Below, piece after piece: positions 20,971 to 31,800 of a DNA stretch of 32,000 nt. The stretch covers positions 420,001 to 452,000 of the forward strand of contig NW_008806281.1 of NCBI RefSeq assembly GCF_000400465.1, given 5' to 3'. Under the pieces are notes generated by a model. The model worked only from the letters and a program-made list of their open reading frames with translations, was not told where the DNA came from and did no database searches. The DNA comes from Wallemia ichthyophaga EXF-994. Its lineage: Eukaryota; Fungi; Basidiomycota. The position numbers and the translations under genes were made by a program. Position 1 is the stretch's first letter. Every line of letters starts with the position of its first letter.

Positions 20971-23900
20971 CTATGCCAGCTGGTCTTCTTCGTCGCTGAA
21001 TGACATTATAAGATGGTTATTTATGTGGTTGTTGCGGGATGCGTTATTTCTGCTTTTCTTTATATGATTCTCCTGTATTTCTGCAATATTGTTATGCTCG
21101 CTGTGCTCATACGACCGTTTGCTGCCATACTTGCGAGGAGCAGGCGCGTCTTTAGCTGCAAAGCTCTTCTCTTTACCACCACCCACATGCGTATCCATCA
21201 TACGCTCCATAGCTGCAGCGTCAGTCAGATCGATCAGATCATCGTCGCTCGAATCTATTTCAAGACCTGCACCTAGATCAACACAACGCAAGGTGTCATC
21301 CACAGCCGTCTGCGGAAACTCCTCTGGTTCAGCCTGAGGTCTATATTCGAATACTTCCTGCAGACCTGCGCACTCATCACAAGAAACCTGGATAGACATC
21401 TTGGTGTCGACACTAGCGAACAGCGGTTTAATATCGATAGTACGAGGCCCCTCCATCAATGCCTTCACCTCTATACGCTTGAATTCGACCAAATCGTCAT
21501 TCGAATTCCACACAACGATCGATGCATGCAGAGAGCTATTTGATCGAGTTTTCTGGGTATATGTGAGATAAGCATGGAGTTTAGTATACTACCCACAACT
21601 CTCATGTTCTTTCCAGCGTTGGCCACGCCAATCGACAGCTTGAGCACCGCCTGCACAGGCTTTGCGCCTTGGTGGAGAAGCAGATATTGCTCGTCGACGC
21701 CTATGGTGAACTTTGGGAATGATTTAGCGGCAGCTACGATGTTGTTCCCGAATGGCGGGTGACGATTGAGCAACTGGTTAGTGTTGTTAGCCAGGCAGAT
21801 GAAACGAGAATTGCAACGCCCTACCAGTTCCACGTATCCTGGGTCCTGCTTGCTAAGCTTTTCTATCGAATTTATACCCTTGCACGTGAATATCTAGAAA
21901 GGTGAGTCAGTCTACGCACGCTCTCACTACACGACACACCTTGATCGACTTCATTCCAACTTGGTCAATCTGGCGCAGAGTTAAAGACCGATCCTCCCAC
22001 GCCTTGGATGCTATCGATCTGAACAAGAAACCAGCATTGCGGATGATGCCGCTGTCTTTCTTTTCGATGCCGACACCGATTATTGCTGGGTGGTGTAAGT
22101 AGGTTGCAAGTGGCAGTGGCAAGTGATATACGGCATGTGAAATACGGCACACAAGACACAGATCACATAACTTAACCCACCTCTAGCTACTCTGAACGCC
22201 TGCTTGAAAATGGTGATACTGTCGTGGAAAGGCTGAAAGTCGTCACTGCGGAATTCGCTGATGGGAGGTTAGCGGAGCTAATCGTAGTGCTGACGCAGAG
22301 CGGGTCATTTAGGTATTTACTGCAGATTAACACCAGCGAGCGAGGCCTGAAGCAGCACAGATATCTTATCTACAGCCAGAGTCATTTTAGCAGGAGGGAA
22401 CCTTATGTCCTGCAGTGCTCTGATATCACCGAGTGGTTTTTTTTCGCCAGCGCGCATAGTGATGTCCTTCAGTTCATCCGCTGCGCACAGTGTCTGCAGC
22501 AAACTGTGCACCGAGGCATGAGGGAGAATTTCCAAGATTTGTTTGAATGTAGCAAAGCGTATGATTTCCTTGGACATGATATTGCCGAGACCTACAGGGC
22601 GACATCAGTTGTTAGTGCTGCAAGACACACCAAGCAAGTCAATTGTAACCCACCAGTGCTCCTCAATTCACCGCTACTGTCACTCTCCACCAGCCTATAC
22701 TGACACAGCTCACTCACAGCGTTCTCCACTATCTCTTCAAGTCGCTTCTCCCACCCCCCGAGTCGATCACTCGCCTGGTCGAGAATATCACGATAATGCA
22801 CTGGGTTCTTCTGGATGCGCACATAGAGGAAACTCTTCCTCAACCACTCCAAGGCGCCGAGCTTGGTTGAAATAGTGCTTAGATTTATCTCGGCGTTGAG
22901 ATGTTCGCAGAGATTTCGATGAAGAGAAGATTCGAGAGGGGAGTCGCCATTAACGAGGCTCCTATAATGAGCGTAATGAGCGTGATCTGTCATAATTATA
23001 GCCGTGCCACTGGTATCGTGCTGTGGTCTACCAGCGCGACCGATCATCTGCAACACGTCCATTTCAGACAGCTCGGTCCAGTCGCCATTACTAAAAAAGC
23101 GCGTGCCCTTAATAACGATAGTCCTACAGGGTAAATTAACGCCTTGGGCGAGAGTAGTGGTGGATACCACTACTCTGATCACGCCCTTTAGGAAAAGTTG
23201 CTCAACGAGGCGACGATCATCTGCATCTATTCCTGCGTGGTGTAAAGCCACCCCGTACCTGGCTAGTCTCTGCAAAATGCTGTTCTTGAAGTTGGGTTTA
23301 AGCGCGGGTACCTCCCACGGCGTCGCACCACCTCTGCTCTGCACAGTGGTGAAATGGTCGACGAGTGTCTCTGCGGCTTTCGCAACAGATTTGCGCGTCG
23401 GACAGAAGATAAGCGCGGGTTTACCCTCCATGTGTACAGCGAGCTTGTCGAAAAGTTTGTAATTTAGCAGTGAGTCGAATGCAAAGTCATTGTTATTGGT
23501 GCGCTTGAAGGGGTATATATGGCGAGCGATCTGAACAGGGCGGAATGATTCGTCAAATTCCTTCAAAGTAGCGATGGAGGTGTTGCTATTGGCGAGCCAT
23601 GCAGCTATGTCGATTGCGTTGGGCGCCGTAGCGCTGATTGCGATGTATCTGATGTTATGATTGTCACCGAGCATGCGCATACGCGACACAAGCACCTCGA
23701 GTGTGCTACCACGCGAAACATGCAACAGATGAACCTCATCGATCAGCACCAATCTGATCTGGCCAAACAGCTTTGGGTTCTCGTTCCAGCGTCGCGTGAG
23801 CGAATCCCACTTCTCCGGCTATGAGGGGTGTTTAAGTTTAGTTGAGTTAGGCAACACGCCCAAACGCACCGTAGTAACGACTACATCGGCATGAATCAAG

Positions 23901-24654
23901 TCGAGGATATTTCCATGACCATCGAAGGGCATATCGCCCGTGATTTCCTTCACAGACACCTTCAATGTGGAGAATTTAGCTTGCCAATCGCGAGCCTTCT
24001 CGGAGCACAACGCACGCGTAGGAGCGAGGTAGCTATTAAATACAGCGAGTCAGTATAGCGCGTAGACGCGCTCTTAACCTCACATAGCCTTTCTGTTGCG
24101 CGCGGCAGACTCGGGCTCCTCGCACCGCTTCTGCTCGAGCATCTGCACGATAGCCAGCTCAAGCACGCCCGTCTTCCCGCAGCCGGTCGGAGCAGCGACG
24201 ACGAGATTAGAGAGTGAGTGTGCTGCTACGTCGAAACACTGCGACTGGACTCTGTTGAAGTGGGTAAAGGGGAAAACGGAAGCGTAGACGGGATGCAAGG
24301 CTGTGACGGGGGTGAGTGGGGTGGATGCGGCTGGGTGCTGCGTGGCGTAGTAGCTGCGAGCGTTATCGGGAGCTAGCCCAGTTGGCTGAGATTGGTTGAC
24401 GGGAGATGAAGAAGATGAGGAGAGATTGCGCGCGGCAGCTCCGGCAGACGACTCCACGCTGGCGCTGTCGAGCGACTGGTGGCTTCTCTGGCGGGGCTGC
24501 GCCATGGCGTCATGTATGCTATCGAGATCTGGGTGCGCGCGTGAGATGGATGATGCGAGCGCGAGAATTCGTTACAGGCGTCTTGGCTCGTGTCGAGATA
24601 GCGCGCTAGCTCGTCTTCGAGCTCCTCGCCTGTGGTGTGGGCGTAGTAGCTCAT
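20971..24654 (-). CDS. MER3: Meiotic crossover DNA helicase Mer3/HFM1 (Ski2-like SF2 helicase + Sec63 domain), multi-exon
   Basis: FPFTHFNRVQS, Walker A AAPTGCGKT, YLAPTRALCSE, DEVH, RGSTLEVLVSRM, SATAPN, IFCPTR, LHHAG, TTTLAQGVNLP, QMIGRAGRPQ, ESSLHRNLCEHLNAEI, WLRKSFLYVRIQKNP, Sec63 segment. Exact start (24654 or 24505) uncertain. Confidence 0.88.
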
Positions 24655-24803
24655 CGTCGTCCTGAGCAAAGGAGATGAGAAGAGAGATGGTGCAAGGGCA
24701 CGGCAGAAAAGCAGAAGCAGAAGCGGAATATAAAACAAGAAGCACGAGACACGTCCATGCGTCCATGCATCCATCCATCTATACAACCGAGCAAATGCCA
24801 GAG

Positions 24804-27386
24804 TTACATATTCTTGTAATCGATTTTCTGCAAGACGAGATCGTGCAAGCGAGCGAAAAGGGAGTGATCGACACCCCCGCCGCTGCCGACACTGCTCTGC
24901 CAGCCTTTGACCATGTTAGCGAGACACACCCCTACGCCGTTGTAGAGGGGATATGAGGGGCTTTTAGTTTTTTTTTTCTTCGAAGGGGCGGGGATGGCGA
25001 GGAGGATGAGTGACCAGGCCTGATAGCGGTGCCAAGTCAGCTACTCAGCTGTCGACTACACGCAACAATCCACCCACCTCTATGGCGACCTTAACGCAAT
25101 GTGCCTGTTCGATAGGCAGCGTGGCGGCGTTGAGGAGCTCGCCGAACAGCGTGTATGTGTCCAGAAGGCGCTGTGCTACGGGAGCCTTTTCCGCATCTGA
25201 GCCCTGACAGTGGTATGCGTGCGCTAGGTGCGACATATCGCTGAGTACTCTCTCGGGCGCGGTAAGCTGGTTTGTGGGGTGGTGGTTAGTGTGGGTGTGC
25301 GGGATATCAGGGGCGCTGAGGCGTCCTTGGCGTTACTTACGTTGTCCGTGTCTTGGGTCTGCGTCTGCGTCTCATTCCCACTCCCAGTTTCCACCTGCAC
25401 CGCCTGCCTGCCCAAAGCGGCATTTAAGAAGCGAGCGTACATATCGCAGTAGGCGCTGAGCCAAGCAGCGTCTTGGTTCGTGAGGACGTGTAGCTGCACG
25501 CCGGCGTGTGGCTCATCGAGAGGGGAGTGGGAGGGCAGGAGGGAGGAGTCTCTATTATCGACGAGCCTGTCAACCCCCACAGTCTTTAACTGCTGTAGAG
25601 ATACCACCCAAGCCTCCATCTCCTCCGTGCCTACTCTATCCACCTCCCCCAACCTAATCCTGACATCCTCGAACCAGAGCAGCCATTTGTTAAGACTACT
25701 AGCGAGTCTGTCCCGGAAAGCCGCAAAGTCTTCGAGATGGCTCCATGCACCTTTTTCGAACAGTCTGCCCATCATTTCAGCTGACTCGCGCGCCGACTGG
25801 TTCCACACGCAGCGTGGAGAAGTAGTGCTAGGGAGGACGCCCGCGACGTCGTCACGTGAGCAACTGAGCGCAGATATCTGAGCGCAGGCATACGCCGACA
25901 GGGTGTCATTCTGAACACTTTGTATGCGAAGAGCGCTCGCACCCCTCCACACGCCACCTGGTTGAGCGAGGATACGACAAAGCGCTATGTACAGTATTTT
26001 CAGTTTGTAGCTGCGTACATTCCCCTGTAGTGCCCATTCGATGAATGCAACGGCGGCATGAAGGTGTGCTGTATCAGTTGGTTTGGATTTGTGGTATGCG
26101 CTTACATGACACAGCACACTAAGCACACCGAGATCGTCGGCTGGGTGGATATCTGTTGATGGCACTCCCGCACTCGCTGGCTGGTAGTGCGCATAGAGGC
26201 GGGCGTAGTAGGCGGCAAAGTCTACATCCTCGCTTATACTGGTGGTTATGGCCAGACTGCGACTCAGTTTGGCTGCGTTGATGCGCACGTCAAGTTGCTC
26301 GTCGTCGTCGTGTAGCGCTGCGCTGAACAATCCCCGCAACCCACCTAGATCCACCTGCTGGCCGTGCAGATGCGCGAGAAATACCGCCAAATCGTCGTGA
26401 CAGACAGGCTTGCTTTTGTACTGCTGCCAGTACCTCTCTATCAGTTTTATCAACTGTGGTGCACCCTCATCACTGTGACACCGCCTAGACACCTCCATTA
26501 GGGCGATCAAGTGGCCGCGTTCCTTGGGATCTTGCAGTGAGAGAGAATGGAAGAGCTCGATGGCGTGGTCGACATCCTCACGCTGTCCACATTGTATAGT
26601 GGAGAGGTAAGCGGAGTGATGAGCGTAGTTATGCGATCCAGCACGTAGGAGGGAATGAGCTTTATCCCGAATGGATGTTGTGCGGTGTAGCTCAGCGAGG
26701 ACATCCCACTGGAGCTCTTGCAGCGCGAGAGAGGTGTTAACATACGCGTGGCACTCATCCAGCACGCGCGCGGCCTTCTCCAGATCGCCAGCATGTGAGT
26801 AGAGCCGCGTGAGTAGATGGGCCTGTTGAGCGGAGGACGGGTGGAGTGAGTGGGCGATGCGCAAAGCGAGTGCAAGAGCAATACCCTTCTCTGTATCTTT
26901 TTCTTTATCGACGTCCGCAGACACAGCCTGCATGAGCAACGCCGCTACCGCCCACCACTCATACTTGCGGTCGTGCTTAGAGAGACGCAGGCAGGTTGCC
27001 TGTACAGCCCGCCAGTTGAACGCTTTTACGTAGTTGGTGAGAGCCAGTTTGGCTTGCTTATCGTAAGCACTCCCATTACGCTGCCATAGCTCCCGATATA
27101 CCCCCGCTAGCACGTCGTACTCGCCGAGATCACTGAGGGTGAGATTGAGCGCAGCGAGCGTGTCGGCGGTGGATGGCGTGGTGGATGCCAAACCAAGCGC
27201 TATCTTTCTAGCTGCGTGGGCGTTGCCAGATCTGGAGTAGGAGAAGGCGAGTAGGGATTTAACGAGATCGGAGTGGGGGGACGTGGAGTTGGAGTTGAGG
27301 AGTTGGCAGCACTGGGAGATTGCGTCGTTGAACCTGCCAGCGTCGATAAAATCATAAATTCTATTCAATCGGATTGCGCTGGACAT
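24804..27386 (-). CDS. MDM20: NatB N-terminal acetyltransferase auxiliary subunit Naa25/Mdm20
   Basis: N-terminal RIYDFIDAGRFNDAISQCCQLL, TPR-like helices, VCHDDLAVFL, PADDLG, LRIQSVQNDTLS. Introns after ..QDTDN (GTAAGT..CTAAC..CAG) and ..KVAIE extend the gene to a TAA at 24804; 3' end less certain. Confidence 0.8.
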
Positions 27387-27407
27387 GGTGGATTAGGGAA
27401 GACCGCG

Positions 27408-28073
27408 ATGGCAGCGACGATAACAGCGATTCCAACGCCAGATTTGAGCCATTTGAAGAGAGACGACTGGGAAAGAGTTTATGAGCCGAGTGAGGATACA
27501 TTCGCCCTCCTCGATGCACTGGAAATGGACAGCGAGTGGATCAAGAGCAGCCAGCCTAATGTGGTATTTGAGATTGGCAGTGGGAGTGGGTGCGTCTCTG
27601 CGTTTATAGCCTCGATATTGCACAGTCGCTGCGTCTACTTTACCAGCGATATAAACACACACGCTAATCAAGCAACGATTTCAACTGGGGATTTGAATGG
27701 GTGTAATTTGAATACCATAAACACCCACTTACTCAATGGTACGAGGCTTGATGGAGCTGTAGACATACTCCTGTTCAACCCCCCGTATGTACCCACAAAT
27801 GGTGGTGAAATTCTTCACTCACAGGCATCGCGACATCTCTCCGCAGCATGGTCTGGTGGGAGCTACGGGATGGATCTTACAGAGCGGGTACTGTCAGATC
27901 TACCTAGGCTTTTGAGTGGCAGTGGAGTGTTATACCTCGTAGCCATCAAGCAGAACAGACCGGCGGATATAGTAGACAGATTGAATAGGACCAGTATTTT
28001 CGAAGCATCCATACTACTGAGCAGACGAGCGGGAATTGAAATGCTATACATCATAAAGTGCAGTAGAAAGTAG
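27408..28073 (+). CDS. MTQ2: HemK2/N6AMT1-type eRF1 glutamine methyltransferase Mtq2 (221 aa)
   Basis: PTPDLSHL, VYEPSEDTFALLDALE, EIGSGSG, DILLFNPPYVPT, WSGG..G; intronless from ATG 27408. Confidence 0.93.
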   Translation: MAATITAIPTPDLSHLKRDDWERVYEPSEDTFALLDALEMDSEWIKSSQPNVVFEIGSGSGCVSAFIASILHSRCVYFTSDINTHANQATISTGDLNGCNLNTINTHLLNGTRLDGAVDILLFNPPYVPTNGGEILHSQASRHLSAAWSGGSYGMDLTERVLSDLPRLLSGSGVLYLVAIKQNRPADIVDRLNRTSIFEASILLSRRAGIEMLYIIKCSRK

Positions 28074-28074
28074 A

Positions 28075-28727
28075 TTACAAACCCTTATCGTAGTTGTGCT
28101 TCTGGATGAATGTTTGCACTTGCACGACTTGTCTCTCGAGCGCTGCAAGCCAATCACCCAACTCAATGTCCACGGTCGTAGGATCACCGCCGAGTTTGGC
28201 GTAAAAGTCCTTCCTGTAAGGACACGCCTTCATAGCGAGATTGAAAATGGGCTTAACGACAAAGCTGTGGAACTGTTTGAGGGATTCTTGGTATGCAATG
28301 GAGAAAGAGTCTGAGAGTTCTTCGTCAGGGTTTCTGAGTGAGCGGAGGAGGGCTTTGTAGGTGAACTCCAAACCACGCAGAAGCCATACAAGGCCCTGAG
28401 TAGCAGTGTATTGCTTGTCGAGGTTTTCAGCGGCTACGAGTTGCTCCAAGGTGGACGAACGGAGTGGCTCAGCGTCATGTCTATCTCTGACCTTTCTTAT
28501 GTTGCCAAGGAGATCGCTCTGGACAACAGAAAACGCCTTATTTCCTAGTAAATCGAACAGCTGAACAACGATGGCAGCAGCGTCGAGGAATTCGGTGGTG
28601 TCGACGCCGCTATCTGTGACGTGTACGTTGTTGAAGAGTTGGCCTTTCTGGGGAGTTGTGAGTGTGTTTGGTATGCTAAACAAAGAACATATCCCACCTG
28701 CTCTTTAACTTGATCAAAATAGCTCAT
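28075..28727 (-). CDS. Glycolipid transfer protein, HET-C2-like, 2 exons
   Basis: MSYFDQVKEQ|KGQLF..GVDTTEFL, FSVVQSDLLGNIRKV, ATQGLVWLLRGL, FHSFVVKPIF.LAMKACPYRKDFYAKL (GLTP sugar-binding D, N, K, W, H residues). Confidence 0.9.
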
Positions 28728-28909
28728 TTGAGGAGTTGTGAGTGTGTGAGAGTCAAGAGGAGTTTATCGTGTACGAATATATGGATAAATAACAATAAAA
28801 ATACAGAAAAACTAATTTTCACATTCCATCGACACACCTTTTTAACGCGTCGCGTCGTGGAAGTGTCTCTCAATCGCAAACCACGTAAACCAGGTCAAAC
28901 CGGCTCAAA

Positions 28910-29350
28910 ATGACAGGAATTGAAGAAAAGAAGAATGATCAATCGTGCGTGGTTGTGTTTACGCGTGAATTATCTGATAAGGAGTAGTCCACAGGGTGTC
29001 ACTGAGAAGAAGCCAGAAGTAGCAGCAGAGGCAGACAAAGGGAAAGCAAGGGAGGAAGAGGAAGATGAGGAAGACGAGGAGGATGACGACGACCAAGACA
29101 CTCCCTACAACGACGAAGAAGTTGGAGACGATGTCGTGGATGACGACCTCGAGGAGATAGATCCATCAGCCATCGTCGACTCAGGATCGAGAAGAACGCG
29201 TTCAAATGTTGATTACAGCTCAGCAGATGCGCGTAAGAAGGCCGAGTTGACAGATAAGGAGGACGAGGATGATGAGGTGGGTTGAGTGCGCAACGGGTGG
29301 TTTTTAACTAACCAAGCCAATCACAGGCAGATGAATCGATGAGAATGTAG
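28910..29350 (+). CDS. CHZ1: Histone H2A.Z chaperone Chz1-like acidic protein, 3 exons
   Basis: D/E-rich with CHZ-like motif DDLEEIDPSAIVDSGSRRTRSNVDY; introns GTGCGT..TAG and GTGGGT..CTAAC..CAG; end ADESMRM*. Confidence 0.78.
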
Positions 29351-29375
29351 AAACGAAAATAAAATTCATTTATCA

Positions 29376-29652
29376 TTATCCACCTCTCAAAGCCAGTACC
29401 AGATGAATCGTTGCACCTGGTTCGATGTTTACCTCTTTAACAGTTTTATCATCTGCCCTTTGAGATTTTTAGTATTTTCAACGGCTACGTAAACAACACC
29501 AACATCTGCTTGCCTGAGAAGATGAGCCTCTGTTGTGCAGGCGGGATACCCTCCTTCTCCTCGACGCTCTCTTTAATCCTGAAAACCTTGTCCTCCACGT
29601 CTACATCGAGTGAAATTTCTTTCCCAGTCAACGTCTTTACTTTGATCAGCAT
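29376..29652 (-). CDS. RUB1: Ubiquitin-like protein Rub1/NEDD8 (76 aa), 2 exons
   Basis: [39 protein letters not shown]|[26 protein letters not shown]; A72 is the NEDD8 determinant. Confidence 0.93.
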
Positions 29653-29677
29653 GTGTTGTTGGTCGTAACCAATCACA

Positions 29678-30326
29678 ATGGATAAGGCGCTGAATATAAT
29701 TAAAGGTGCAAATGGAATCGATTCAAAGCAATTGTTCAAGCAGATGAGTGGCGATTCTCCTTCTATCTCGTGCGTCTTCTTCTTCACTTGTTCCTCTTCT
29801 CACTCAGCTCAGCCACCTCAAGCACAAGATACTCAACAATCTCCAGCACTCGAATGCAATCACCAAAAGACACTCTCTCAGATTAGAACCCCCGACCTCA
29901 CACTCCTCCAACAAATCCAGCAAATCAAATTTAGTCACCCTCCCTGATGGCCACAAGGCTATTGCTCATTCCCAGTGGCTCTGGTATTCCTCCGACACAT
30001 CCCCGCCACAGTTCTCGCAGTCTTCTGCCCAACACCGCAATATCCTCCCCCCTCACAACTCCATGCGCTTAGAGAAGAAGGGTGCTCATGCAGAGAGAGT
30101 CCTTCTCAATAGACAAAACAGAGAAGCTCCCAAGATCACCCCACCTAAGCCCCTCCTTGACGGCTTCAGCGTTCCTCGACAGCTCCACTCCTCCCTCAGA
30201 GACAGCCTCTCTCGCCAAAGACAACACGACAAAGTCGTTAACAACCTCAAGTTCTGGCACAAATCTGCTGCTAAGGTGGGCGCCGCTGAAGATGCCTTTA
30301 ACCGTGGTAAACAGAGTGCACGTTGA
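29678..30326 (+). CDS. Hypothetical protein (about 200 aa), 2 exons
   Basis: [31 protein letters not shown]|[19 protein letters not shown].., GTGCGT donor and CTCAG acceptor joining ORF 29678 to the frame of ORF 29748..30326; alternative start 29744. Confidence 0.55.
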
Positions 30327-30396
30327 GTGTTTCGGTGGTTCGAGAGTTGAAAATTTTCACAATTTCACTTGATTCTTATGCATTTTCTATACTTAG

Positions 30397-31800
30397 TTAG
30401 CTAGTTTCGGCTTCTTTGTTAGTGGTTTGTGGTTCTTTATCAATTATATCAGTTGGTGGTGAGGGTAAGCGTATATCTTGGTTGTCTTGCGTGTCTTGTG
30501 TGTCTTGTGTGTCTGGTTCTATGTCTTTCTCCGTCTTCTCCTTCTCGCGTTTCTCCTCCCGCTTATCGCCCTCCTGCCCTTCTAGCAACCTTCTATACTC
30601 CTCCTCAACCTCATCTTCCATCTCACCACTCATCTCAGCCGCACCAGGCCGGGCAATAGCTTGTTCAATCTCCCCGTGGTCAGCCAGAGTATGCGACAGG
30701 CTATCCATAGTATCTTCCACTCTGTCCTTATCCAGCTCGGGTGCCTTGAGAAGTGTCTTAAGAGTGTTATCTGACATTTCATAAGCCTTCATAATCTGCA
30801 GAGTCTTGTGTTAGACGGTACTCCATAGTAACACCACACCCACCTCAATATCCCCAACGCTCTGCTCAATTTTGAGTAAAACATGCTGCAAATTCTCCCT
30901 GCTGTCGAGGCGTTTCTGCAGCACATCTTGCAACGTCTTGCGTGATCTCAAGGAGCGTTTAGCGCGGTCTGTATCTTTACTGCGGAGGTGGCTAGCGATA
31001 GTGTCGCTACAACTGCCTATCTCCACATCCAGCTCACCGATCTGTGCATCAACCGAGTTGAGAGCGTCGACCATGGCGATGATACCGGCTTCAATTTGAG
31101 TGATTTGATTCGAGTGTGTAGTGCACCCACCCCCAACGACCTTCACAGCCTCCCCCTCCACCACCGCATATCCATCGTTAGTCAGCCACTTCAACACCAC
31201 ATCCGCGTCGAGCGGTGCAAGAGAGTATTTAGCCGCGAACAGCCGCCGCGTGTAGAGACACTTGGTGGGTGGGCAGCTGAGGTGATGATCGACGACCTGC
31301 GCAGCGAGACTTTGCACGCGCGCTACGACAACGTACTTGCCGCACGCCCTCTCGAACGCTTCAAAGGGAGTAGAGGGGGACTCATAATCTCCTCCTCCGC
31401 TCCCGCCCAAGCCCAGACTCGCGAACAGCCATTCGAGGGTGGTTTGTGTGGTGCGTGCGCTACGTGTGTTGTGCGTATGCGAATTAGACTTGCCCCCCAT
31501 GAACCCTTCGAGCGGGTAAAGTGCACCGTCGTGCACCATCCCTTCAACCACCACACCCAGACAGCGCGGCTGACCAGCAACGGGATGCTGCCACTGCCTC
31601 GGCGTGTCGTCGTCGACCGTGAACGTGTACTCCATTATCCCACTTAACGCCCCTCGCCACCAATCCATATTGGCCTGATAACCGCGTTGATTCGTCTGGC
31701 GCAATCGCGTGAAATCCGAGTAAAGCGATTGCAAACGCTGTATTCTGTCACTGTTGGTGTATTCGGGTATACTCGCTTTGTATTTCTCCAGCTTATTCAT
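30397..31800 (-). CDS. CHM7: ESCRT-II/III hybrid CHMP7/Chm7 (winged-helix N-terminus + Snf7 domain), 2 exons
   Basis: RLQSLYSDFTRLRQTNQRGYQANMDWW, PRCLGVVV, then Snf7 helices AKRSLRSRKTL..RLDSRENLQHVLLKIEQS..DIE|IMKAYEMS..LK; intron 30796-30843. Start 31800 (or 31839). Confidence 0.85.
30476..30514. repeat. 9-nt coding tandem repeat (DTQ)n in the CHMP7 tail
   Basis: tcttggttg tcttgcgtg tcttgtgtg tcttgtgtg tct. Confidence 0.8.

Noticed and set aside
23004-23462. 152-aa plus-strand ORF and other short ORFs inside MER3
   Set aside because: Antisense shadows of the helicase core.
24905-24935. GTAGGG..GCTAAC..AAG intron-like segment in the last NAA25 exon
   Set aside because: 31 nt is below the 40-65 nt range seen elsewhere here and the unspliced frame is open; left as uncertainty in the 3' end.
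24675-24956. 93-aa plus-strand ORF between MER3 and NAA25
   Set aside because: Overlaps the antisense of the last NAA25 exon and the MER3 upstream region; no support as a gene.
24960-24980. Possible frameshift or stop at the T10 tract in NAA25
   Set aside because: Recounting gives an open frame (PSKKKKTKSP); no pseudogene evidence.
30988-31647. 219-aa plus-strand ORF
   Set aside because: Antisense shadow of CHMP7; no recognisable family.
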